Shown in pieces: positions 16,197 through 23,965 of a stretch of 38,177 nt of DNA. The position numbers and the translations under genes were made by a program. Each line of letters starts with the position of its first letter. Within the stretch, counting starts at the first letter, position 1. The stretch is from Minisyncoccota bacterium (GTDB lineage: Bacteria > Patescibacteriota > Minisyncoccia > Phycocordibacterales > UBA918), in NCBI GenBank assembly GCA_021129655.1, contig JAJOLC010000043.1, forward strand, positions 1 through 38,177, read 5' to 3'. Below the pieces are notes generated by a model, which saw only the letters and a list, made by a program, of their open reading frames with translations, was not told where the DNA came from and did not search any database.

Positions 16197-16772
16197 ATGG
16201 CAAAAATAGAATACAACCAAATACTTCCTAAGAAAACTGTAGAAATGAACGGTGATCCTTATTTAGTAATCTCCTCGCACATTGCTAAAAAGGACCGACA
16301 GAAGGCCAGTAATAACGTACGAATGAAAAATCTACGGACTGGTCATGTTATCGACAAGACTTTTCACCAGTCTGACATACTGAAAGATGCTGACATTCTT
16401 AAACGAGAAGTTAAATATCTGTACTCTAGTAAAGGAGAATTCTGGTTCTGTGAACCAAACAACCCGCGTGAGCGATTTAGTTTAGAAGCTGAGGTGGTTG
16501 GCGAACTTGATCTCTTCGTGACTGAAAATAATCTAGTTGAAGCAATTGTATTCAATGATGAAATCATGAGTATCGTGACTCCTATAAAAGTATCCCTTAA
16601 AGTAAAAGAAGCTCCTGACGCAGTCAAAGGCAATACTTCAAGCGGAGCAACCAAAGAAGTGATGATGGAGACAGGACTCACTATTCAAGCTCCACAGTTT
16701 ATTAATCGCGGAGACACGCTACGAATCAATACCGAAAATAAAGAGTACTCTGAACGAGCAGAGAAAGCATAG
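16197..16772 (+). CDS. efp: Translation elongation factor P
   Basis: 191 aa, collinear by eye with EF-P (G.PY.V......K....A..R.K..NL.TG). It has a three-domain length and ends in a ...GD..RINT-type C-terminus. Confidence 0.85.
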   Translation: MAKIEYNQILPKKTVEMNGDPYLVISSHIAKKDRQKASNNVRMKNLRTGHVIDKTFHQSDILKDADILKREVKYLYSSKGEFWFCEPNNPRERFSLEAEVVGELDLFVTENNLVEAIVFNDEIMSIVTPIKVSLKVKEAPDAVKGNTSSGATKEVMMETGLTIQAPQFINRGDTLRINTENKEYSERAEKA

Positions 16773-16774
16773 GC

Positions 16775-16817
16775 AAACAAAAAGAGCGGCTCCCGAAGGG
16801 AGCCGCTCTTTTTGTTT
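16775..16817. terminator. Bidirectional terminator between convergent efp and rpsR
   Basis: AAACAAAAAGAGCGGCTCCC-gaa-GGGAGCCGCTCTTTTTGTTT (20-bp perfect stem). Confidence 0.8.
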
Positions 16818-16818
16818 C

Positions 16819-17025
16819 TTAATGCTGGATGTACGGCATTAGAGACATGAAACGTGCTCGCTTGATTGCTCGTGCGAAGTTTCGCTGCCCCTTAGCTGAT
16901 AGTCCTGTCCGACGACGGCTCATCATTCGAGCGTGTGGATTTACATGATTATTAAGACGTGTGATGTCCTTAAAATCGATGTGGTGCATTGGTGGGTTTA
17001 CGGTCTGTGTTTGTTCTTCAGTCAT
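16819..17025 (-). CDS. rpsR: 30S ribosomal protein S18
   Basis: RRRTGLSAKGQRNFARAIKRARFMSLMPY is the S18 core. The start is placed at the internal ATG (MTEEQTQ...), because the 22 extra residues of the long ORF look non-native. Confidence 0.8.
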   Translation of the reverse strand: MTEEQTQTVNPPMHHIDFKDITRLNNHVNPHARMMSRRRTGLSAKGQRNFARAIKRARFMSLMPYIQH

Positions 17026-17202
17026 GATTTTTATAATTAGATAATAGGAGTGTTTCGGGTAGACGATTTTTCTAGAACTATTTCTAAGCAACAGGGTGCT
17101 TAAGCTGCGAGGAAGGAGGGTGAATTTTTGACGAGACGTACTGATTGTACGGTGAGTCTAAAATTTATTCTTTCTGACAAAGCAGATTGAGTATTCAGTT
17201 GC

Positions 17203-17658
17203 TTAGAAAGGAATGTCTTCGGGATTGATGTCTTCTTCAGGATAAGCTGGTACTGACGGTGCCTTTTCTTTAGTATCGCCTGCTGGCGCAGCGGCTGCTG
17301 GAGCTGAACCAGAAGGTGCTGCTCCTGCACTACCATTCTTTGGACCAAACTGAACTCGATCAGCTACAATCTCTGTACGGTATTGCTTTTGACCTTCTTT
17401 TTCCCAACTTCGAGTCTGGATTCGACCTTCAACATATACTCCGTTACCTTTTGACAGGTACTTTGCGCTGTTTTCAGCTTGATTTCCAAATACTACAATG
17501 TTGTGATAATCGACATTCTCCTGCCTGTTACCATCCCGGTCTTTGTAGACACGATTAGTTGCAATAGACATTGAGCACACGTTCATTCCACTTGGTAGAG
17601 CTTTCAATTCAGGGTCTCGAGTGAGATTTCCGTAAATCATTGCCTTATTAAGATACAT
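17203..17658 (-). CDS. ssb: Single-stranded DNA-binding protein
   Basis: The OB-fold N-terminus is MYLNKAMIYGNLTRDPELK. A Gly/Ala/Pro-rich linker follows, and the acidic tail ends in EDIPF. Confidence 0.9.
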   Translation of the reverse strand: MYLNKAMIYGNLTRDPELKALPSGMNVCSMSIATNRVYKDRDGNRQENVDYHNIVVFGNQAENSAKYLSKGNGVYVEGRIQTRSWEKEGQKQYRTEIVADRVQFGPKNGSAGAAPSGSAPAAAAPAGDTKEKAPSVPAYPEEDINPEDIPF

Positions 17659-17688
17659 AATTTAGATCGTTAGACGTATAGGTTTATA

Positions 17689-18246
17689 TTATACCTTTTC
17701 TGCGTCCGCTTCTCCATCTTCCTTCTTTACCTCTTCTTTTGTTTCTTCAGCAACCTCTTCTTTTGCCTCCTCTTTAACTTCTGGTTTCTTTTTTACAACT
17801 GCCTTTTTATCATCAACCTCGATATTCTCAATTCTTTTTTCTTCAAGAGCTTCGTGGAAGTAAAAAGGATTAGCATCTTCTAGCTTTGTAAGCTTGGTTA
17901 GGAGGTGTCGCAAAAGTTCGTCTACTCCTTCAATTTCTTCCGTAAGAGCCTCTACCTCTGCTGGCTTGGCGGTAAATCGTACCCAGCCAAAATATGCACT
18001 AGTAAACTTTCGATTCCGTCCTTCAAGATGCTTGATTATCTCGTAAGCTAGATCAAAATGAGCCGGAGCTTCTTCAATTGTTACTTCTCCCTTCTTAGCA
18101 ATTATGTCCTTCAGTTTCTGAAAGACCGTCTCTACTTCCCCTTCAGCAATCGTTGGAAGTACGTGGAAAGCAAGTTCGTAGGTAGCGATTTCTTTTTCGT
18201 TTACCTCAACGTCTGCTTCGACTGCTGGCATTTTTGTTTCTGACAT
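17689..18246 (-). CDS. rpsF: 30S ribosomal protein S6, with N-terminal and Lys/Glu-rich C-terminal extensions
   Basis: The core is YELAFHVLP...FDLAYEI...YFGWVRF. The classic rpsF-ssb-rpsR gene order supports the call. Confidence 0.8.
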   Translation of the reverse strand: MSETKMPAVEADVEVNEKEIATYELAFHVLPTIAEGEVETVFQKLKDIIAKKGEVTIEEAPAHFDLAYEIIKHLEGRNRKFTSAYFGWVRFTAKPAEVEALTEEIEGVDELLRHLLTKLTKLEDANPFYFHEALEEKRIENIEVDDKKAVVKKKPEVKEEAKEEVAEETKEEVKKEDGEADAEKV

Positions 18247-18431
18247 TTTAATTGAATGAAATAAGGAGTGTAACGACTATATTGAATTCATGTCTGAATT
18301 TTGACCTTTCCTAGGCAAAATTGCTAGACAGCTCAATAAAAGCAGTCACAACCCTAAATTACTTATAACGGTCGAACGGTACCATAAAAACGCCTTATCT
18401 TCAAGATATACTCCTATGTTAGAATACTGCC

Positions 18432-19358
18432 ATGAAACTCTCACACGATACTATTTTATATATCTGCGGAAGCGTAGCTGTTATTGGTATTCTTTCTACC
18501 AGCTACCTCCTACTAAAGACTCAAGACCAGAAAGATACCATTGAGGGGCTGCTCCAGGAGCGCAATGTCTTTCTTCAAGAGAATAGCCGTAAAGAATCTG
18601 CTTTGGCTAACGCCAGCACCACCATTTCGGAAATACAAAGAGAACTAGCTGATGTACAAGAAGATTTGGAAGATTTGGATGATGATTATCGTGATGAGAG
18701 AAGCAAAAATGGAGAATTTGAAGACCAATTACGTGACTTGGCCGGCACTTTAGGTGACCTCGATAAACTAGCCAAGATTGATGAGGAGCTGCTTCAAAAA
18801 TATTCTAAGGTTTATTTTCTCAACGAAAACTACACTCCAGAGAAGATTAAGCAGATAGACGAAAAATACATCTTAAACGGTAAAGATGTGGCTTTCTTCC
18901 ACGGTCGAGCTATAAAGCACTTGGAAGATATGCTAAAAGCCGCTGCTAGAGATGATATAGACTTAAAGGTAGTTTCTGCTTATCGTTCTTTTGATGAACA
19001 AACGTCCCTTAAAGGGCAATTTACTCAAGTTTACGGTTCTGGCGCCAACACCTTCTCGGCTGACCAAGGTTACTCTGAGCACCAGCTAGGAACCACTTTG
19101 GACATCACAACTCCGGAAGTTGGTGGCACCTATAACAGCTTTGCTAATTCTGAAGCTTATGGATGGCTACTTGATAACGCTTATAAATACGGCTTCATTA
19201 TTTCCTACCCGGAGGGAAATACTTTTTATGTATTCGAGCCATGGCACTGGCGTTTTGTTGGCACTGACCTAGCTAGAGATTTAAACCGCAGCGATGAGTC
19301 TTTCTACGATATGGAGCAGCGAGAAATAGATGAGTACTTGTTAGAGATATTTGATTAG
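18432..19358 (+). CDS. Membrane-anchored D-alanyl-D-alanine carboxypeptidase family protein (peptidase M15B/VanY-like)
   Basis: An N-terminal TM helix and a coiled coil are followed by the motifs SAYRSFDEQ, SEHQLGTTLD and EPWHWRFVG. Confidence 0.8.
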   Translation: MKLSHDTILYICGSVAVIGILSTSYLLLKTQDQKDTIEGLLQERNVFLQENSRKESALANASTTISEIQRELADVQEDLEDLDDDYRDERSKNGEFEDQLRDLAGTLGDLDKLAKIDEELLQKYSKVYFLNENYTPEKIKQIDEKYILNGKDVAFFHGRAIKHLEDMLKAAARDDIDLKVVSAYRSFDEQTSLKGQFTQVYGSGANTFSADQGYSEHQLGTTLDITTPEVGGTYNSFANSEAYGWLLDNAYKYGFIISYPEGNTFYVFEPWHWRFVGTDLARDLNRSDESFYDMEQREIDEYLLEIFD

Positions 19359-20372
19359 TTAAAACCAATTAGGAATATTCTTAAGCTGTTTTATATATTT
19401 CTGTGTGACCTCAGCCTTGTCAGGCAATGAACCAAAGTGAGCTACCGATATCAGATAACTAAAAGCTCTAGTAAAGGCTAGCTCCTGTTCTGATAGTGAG
19501 TCGATTTTGTGATACTTAAGATACCCTGTTTTTACTATGTCCGCCGCTGCGTTTGAATGGAGAGCTTCTATATTAACCATTATATTACTCAAATTCGTGT
19601 GTGGTAATCCGTACCACCAACAACTCATCGGTGGCAACAAATCAATAAAGCTAGGCTTCCCATCCTTAATAAATATGTCCTCGTCATGATTATCTAAATT
19701 TACGGTCAGTTGATCTCCTTTAATTTTTTCATATCTCTCCCTGTTCTCTTCCAAGTACTCATCAAGAACGTCCAAACACTTAGATTCTTCTACAGGACTG
19801 CTGTACTCGTCAGGCAGCCATTCAACAAACTGACGTAAAAAGCCATTCTTTCTTTGGCAATGTTATACCAATTAATATCGCTTGGGACTTCGGCCAAGTA
19901 CTCATCAACTGTTTTCGCTGTTTCGTAACCAAGTTGATACAAATCCTTCTCATTAACCTCTCCGGTCAGAAGTTGTTCATGAAAATTCTGCGAGAAATCG
20001 AGCCTGTCCATTTCAAATAATACATGGATCGAATTGCCGTCATAATCATCAACCTCAACCTTGCCATCATTAAAATAAACGGAGTGTACTTTTTTGTAGA
20101 TTCCTCTACTGAAATGCTGATTCAGCTTGAAATCATGCTCGACAAACTTTTTTCGCCTAATTGTGGGGGCTAGCACGCCTTTAATAAAATGATCTTTATC
20201 AGCATGAGTTTTATACAACTTATAAACTGTGTCTCTATAAAAAAAACACATGAGCTAGGCCTGACTCAACATAGTGGTCAGGTATTCCAGACAGCACACC
20301 TTTAACTTCCCCAGCCTGAATAGCATCGTGTATTAGTTGATCTAATTTATCTGTCCAATCTAGTGTTTGCAT
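19359..20372 (-). pseudogene. Kinase-fold (aminoglycoside phosphotransferase / COG2187-like) gene split into three frames by two frameshifts
   Basis: There are three collinear pieces. Piece 1 (20372-20235) is MQTLDWTD...ESGLAHVFFL*. Piece 2 (20251-19790) contains YRDTVYKLYK...LNQHFSRGIYKKV...FEMDRL. Piece 3 (open from 19862 to 19359) is ...FLRQFVEWLPDEY...NHDEDIFIKDGKPSFIDL.... The joints fall at an A8 run (20239-20246) and at CCAAAGAAAGAA (~19845-19860). Confidence 0.6.
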
Positions 20373-20503
20373 ATTGATTCAAAATATTCTTGATAGTGTA
20401 ACAAAAGACAGCGAAGAATAGCGCCCTCGAGGCGTGACAACCTAAAATTTATGTCGTATAGTCCCTATAGATTTAGAATATTTACAACCCAAAGGAGATA
20501 CAA

Positions 20504-21349
20504 ATGTTCCCAGAAGAACTTACGATCGAAGCTCTAATTGAAGCTGTTATTTTATTCAGTATTCCGATTTCTAAAAACTTTGGCAATGTCATTGCGTATG
20601 ATACGAAGTCGGACAATACACCAGTCAGTGTCATAGACACTGAGATAAATGCGTCTTTTCAGGAGTGGTCCACTCGATTTAAAAACCTTGGTTTTATAGG
20701 AGAAGAAGGTAATGGTGATACTGGCAGTAAATATTTATTGTTGGTAGACCCTCTCGATGGAACTGAGGTGTTTTTACGAGGCATCGCAACCTGCACAACT
20801 ATCGCAACTATACTGGTGGTTAATGACAATGGTATTGGCACGCCGCTTTTATCTGTAATATACAGCCCTCTGACCAAAGAAGTTTGGTACGCAGAAAATA
20901 ATAAGGGGGCTTACAAGATAAGTAATGGTAATGCGGTACGTTTAAGCACAGCAAACCCGTCGGATAAAATTCGTACTGCCATCTGTGCCTGGCCAACAGC
21001 TAGTCACAACCTAGAAAACATTAGCAAGCGAGTTGGTAGTAACCCACTGTTTAGCGACCAGCAAATAGGTGCGCTAGGTATCGGAGGCGCTTTAATTGCT
21101 CAAGGTACATTAGATGCCACCGTTTGTGGGTCAACTAGTGCCACTGAGATGGCAGCGATGACATTACTTGTTAGAGAAGCTGGCGGTGTCAATATCGATC
21201 TAGATAACAAGCCTATTACAAGCTTTCAATTAGGAGTATGGAAAGACAAACAAGAGTTCTTGCTTCCTAATGGTGCAATTGTGGCTGCTAATCAAAAAGT
21301 GGCTGATTCTATGCTTTCGTTCATTAGAGAAAACCGACAGTCTGATTAG
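20504..21349 (+). CDS. Inositol monophosphatase (IMPase/SuhB/CysQ) family protein
   Basis: GFIGEEG and LLVDPLDGTEVF (the DPxDGT motif) are present, with a C-terminal ...LLVREAGG. The usual WD dipeptide before it is not obvious. Confidence 0.72.
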   Translation: MFPEELTIEALIEAVILFSIPISKNFGNVIAYDTKSDNTPVSVIDTEINASFQEWSTRFKNLGFIGEEGNGDTGSKYLLLVDPLDGTEVFLRGIATCTTIATILVVNDNGIGTPLLSVIYSPLTKEVWYAENNKGAYKISNGNAVRLSTANPSDKIRTAICAWPTASHNLENISKRVGSNPLFSDQQIGALGIGGALIAQGTLDATVCGSTSATEMAAMTLLVREAGGVNIDLDNKPITSFQLGVWKDKQEFLLPNGAIVAANQKVADSMLSFIRENRQSD

Positions 21350-21361
21350 GACTGTTTCAAC

Positions 21362-21389
21362 AAAGCCCAGTACTTACGTACTGGGCTTT
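21362..21389. terminator. Terminator between the convergent IMPase gene and the 21395-21664 gene
   Basis: AAAGCCCAGTAC-ttac-GTACTGGGCTTT, followed by TTT. Confidence 0.75.
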
Positions 21390-21394
21390 TTTAA

Positions 21395-21664
21395 TTAGAG
21401 CCATCCTAAATTAGAATCTTCTACATACTGTATCGCTTGACCCTCTGACACATGGCCGTGAGAAAGACACCAATCTACAGAGCTGTTGTTGTCACAGTCT
21501 GAACATTCTCCTGCACAAGGATCATCTTGCCATATTACATATTCCCCATCTGAACGAACAACTAAGTGCGGACCTTTGTGTCCATCACTTCTAATACACA
21601 GAAGAAAATCGTCGGCACCGACAACCTCTTTCTGTACCTGAGCGAGCAAACATCTTTCGGACAT
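21395..21664 (-). CDS. Small Cys-rich hypothetical protein (89 aa)
   Basis: A strong SD (AAGGAGGTG) lies 5-13 nt upstream of the ATG. The protein has six Cys, including C-x3-C-x2-C (CAGECSDC). It is the last gene of the aaRS operon. Confidence 0.5.
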   Translation of the reverse strand: MSERCLLAQVQKEVVGADDFLLCIRSDGHKGPHLVVRSDGEYVIWQDDPCAGECSDCDNNSSVDWCLSHGHVSEGQAIQYVEDSNLGWL

Positions 21665-21703
21665 AATACACCTCCTTATCTATTCAGGAAGATACCAGTT
21701 TTA

Positions 21704-22525
21704 TCAAATTTTGTATAGGTTAGCTGCGTTTTTAAGTAGCTGTTCTCGCACTTCCTCCTCGTCAATATTCTTCATACTAGCGATTGTTTTGTACACTTGT
21801 TTGACCATCCAAGGCTCAGCTCTCTTGCCACGATATGGTGCTGGAGCTACAAAGGGGCAGTCAGTCTCGCCATGAATCATATCGAGTGGAGCATACTCAA
21901 CCAACTCTTGATAGGCAGCTTGAGCAAAAGTAATTACTCCCGTAAAGGAAATTGTGTACCCGATATCAAAGAAAGATTTTGCTTGTTCCTGCGTGCCCGC
22001 ATAGAAGTGAGCATTACCAAGAACCTTAGCTTCTGTCTTTAGAATTTCTGAAGCGTCATCGTAAGCATTTCTTCCCTGCCCATCTTTAGAATTACGCAGA
22101 TGCAGCATGAGCGGCTTGCCTACCTCATTAGCCAAAGCTACTTGCGCCACAAATACTTCACGCTGCTGTTCGTAAGTATCGTCGTTATTATGAAAATAAT
22201 CAAATCCACACTCCCCAATTCCTACTGCGCGACTATCCTCGGCCAGTTCTTTATAAAAATCGTAATCAAAACCAGCTTCTAATTCTTGCCCTTCTCTAGC
22301 CTTGTTATCACTCACTTCTACATTTATAGGGTGCAGGCCAACAATCGCCCAAGCATGCTCATATTTATGAGCTAGCTCAACCGCTAGTTTACTGTCTTTT
22401 CTGCCAGTACCTACAGTTATCATTCCCACATCTTCATCTGCACACTTTTTAAACACCTCATCTCTGTCGTCTGCGAACTTATACAGGTTGAGGTGTGAAT
22501 GAGTGTCTATGTAGCGAATATCCAT
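21704..22525 (-). CDS. tatD: TatD-family metal-dependent hydrolase (DNase)
   Basis: IDTHSHL, GECGFDY and the HLRN.. pattern are present. At 273 aa the length fits. Confidence 0.85.
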   Translation of the reverse strand: MDIRYIDTHSHLNLYKFADDRDEVFKKCADEDVGMITVGTGRKDSKLAVELAHKYEHAWAIVGLHPINVEVSDNKAREGQELEAGFDYDFYKELAEDSRAVGIGECGFDYFHNNDDTYEQQREVFVAQVALANEVGKPLMLHLRNSKDGQGRNAYDDASEILKTEAKVLGNAHFYAGTQEQAKSFFDIGYTISFTGVITFAQAAYQELVEYAPLDMIHGETDCPFVAPAPYRGKRAEPWMVKQVYKTIASMKNIDEEEVREQLLKNAANLYKI

Positions 22526-22528
22526 GAG

Positions 22529-23959
22529 CTATTTTTCTAATCGAGCAAATAAATTTTCGGGTTTTTTGTTCTCCTTAATCGCTTGCAGTATTGTTTCTGC
22601 CGTTTGAGGCATGAACACCACTAATGATTCGGCTATTTCTTGCAAATCCTTAACCAACTTTACAATCATTTCCTTGGCTTGTTCTGGCTCGGTCTTTATA
22701 ACCTTGAAGGGTTCATTCTCAGCAATATATTCATCCATAGCTCCAATCGCGGCCCAAATACCATCCATTACTGCCTGAAACTGATAATGCTTCAAAGCTT
22801 CTGCATCCATCGTAGTTTTGTCGGTCACAGTAACTGGTGACTCGAGGTGTGTTTCTGCCATCTTCATAATCCGAGCGGTCAAATTTCCAAGTCCATTTAC
22901 CAAGTTAGCAGTGTATACCTCGTCCATCTTTTCCCAAGTTAAATCAGAATCATCGACTGGGTGTACGTGACGCAGCATGATGTATCGAGTCGCGTCAGTG
23001 CCATATTTTTTCACCAATTCATACGGGTCAATAACATTGCCCAAGCTCTTACTCATTTTATGCCCCTCGCTATTGATAAAGCCGTGAATAAAAATAGTAT
23101 CAGTAGCTTTTAGGTTCACACTCTTTAGCATAGCCTGCCAGATAACGACTTGAAATCGTACCTGGTCTTTGCCGGCTAACTGCAAGGTTTCTCCCTGTTC
23201 CCAGAACTTAGAGAATTTTCCTTCGAAGTCCTTTGGCCAGCCTAAAGTAGAGATGTAGTTGGTAAGTGCATCAAACCACACGTACATTACATGGTTATCG
23301 TCGCCAGGCACTTCCACTCCCCAGTCCATTCGTGATTTCTCACGTGAAATACTCAAATCCTCTAGACCACCTTGGACAAATTTAAGAGCCTCCTGTCTTC
23401 TCCAGTTTGGCAAAACAGAACCTTCCTTAGATAAAAATTCTTCTAAGAAAGTTTGATATTTGGATAGCCTAAAAAAATAGTTTTCCTCCTCAACTCCTTC
23501 CGGTTCTGTTTTGTGGTCCGGGCATTTTCCTTCCACCAAGTCTGTATCTATTTTAAAAGCTTCACACCCCACACAATACAAGCCGGTGTATTTCTTTTTA
23601 TAAATATCTCCCGCAGCATCACATCGTCGCCACATTTCTTGAGCAGCCTCTTTGTGGGCGGTATCTGTAGTACGAATGAAGTTGTCGTAAGAAAGATTAA
23701 GGGCTGACTTTAGCTCTTTAACTTCGGATGCGTATTTATCTACATAATTCTGTCGAGATACACCTTCCTCATCAGCCTTACGCGATACCTTCTGTCCATG
23801 CTCATCCACACCCATATTGAAGAAAACATCTTCGTCCTGCAATCGCCAAAATCGAGCCAAGGTATCAGCCTGCACAAACTCAAGCGCATGACCCATGTGC
23901 GGGCTAGCATTTACGTACGGCAGTGTAGTTGTTATATATTTAGGTATCTTTTCACTCAT
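22529..23959 (-). CDS. metG: Methionyl-tRNA synthetase (short form, no C-terminal tRNA-binding domain)
   Basis: HIGH-type motif PHMGH, CxxC pairs (CVGC...CPDH) and KMSKS are present. Confidence 0.92.
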   Translation of the reverse strand: MSEKIPKYITTTLPYVNASPHMGHALEFVQADTLARFWRLQDEDVFFNMGVDEHGQKVSRKADEEGVSRQNYVDKYASEVKELKSALNLSYDNFIRTTDTAHKEAAQEMWRRCDAAGDIYKKKYTGLYCVGCEAFKIDTDLVEGKCPDHKTEPEGVEEENYFFRLSKYQTFLEEFLSKEGSVLPNWRRQEALKFVQGGLEDLSISREKSRMDWGVEVPGDDNHVMYVWFDALTNYISTLGWPKDFEGKFSKFWEQGETLQLAGKDQVRFQVVIWQAMLKSVNLKATDTIFIHGFINSEGHKMSKSLGNVIDPYELVKKYGTDATRYIMLRHVHPVDDSDLTWEKMDEVYTANLVNGLGNLTARIMKMAETHLESPVTVTDKTTMDAEALKHYQFQAVMDGIWAAIGAMDEYIAENEPFKVIKTEPEQAKEMIVKLVKDLQEIAESLVVFMPQTAETILQAIKENKKPENLFARLEK

Positions 23960-23965
23960 GTTTGT

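Noticed and set aside
17026-17091. Long start for rpsR (90-aa version), and likewise the long starts for tmk (36004) and thyX (35969)
   Set aside because: The extra residues do not resemble the respective families. The tmk and thyX extensions would overlap each other on opposite strands. Internal ATGs give canonical N-termini (MSKLLVIEG..., MNAMTNIEQ...).
17111-17190. Plus-strand mini-ORF (GGAGGG, then 6 nt, then TTG, 20 codons) antisense in the ssb-rpsR spacer
   Set aside because: It is too short and there is no supporting evidence. The SD-like purine run may simply be part of the spacer structure.
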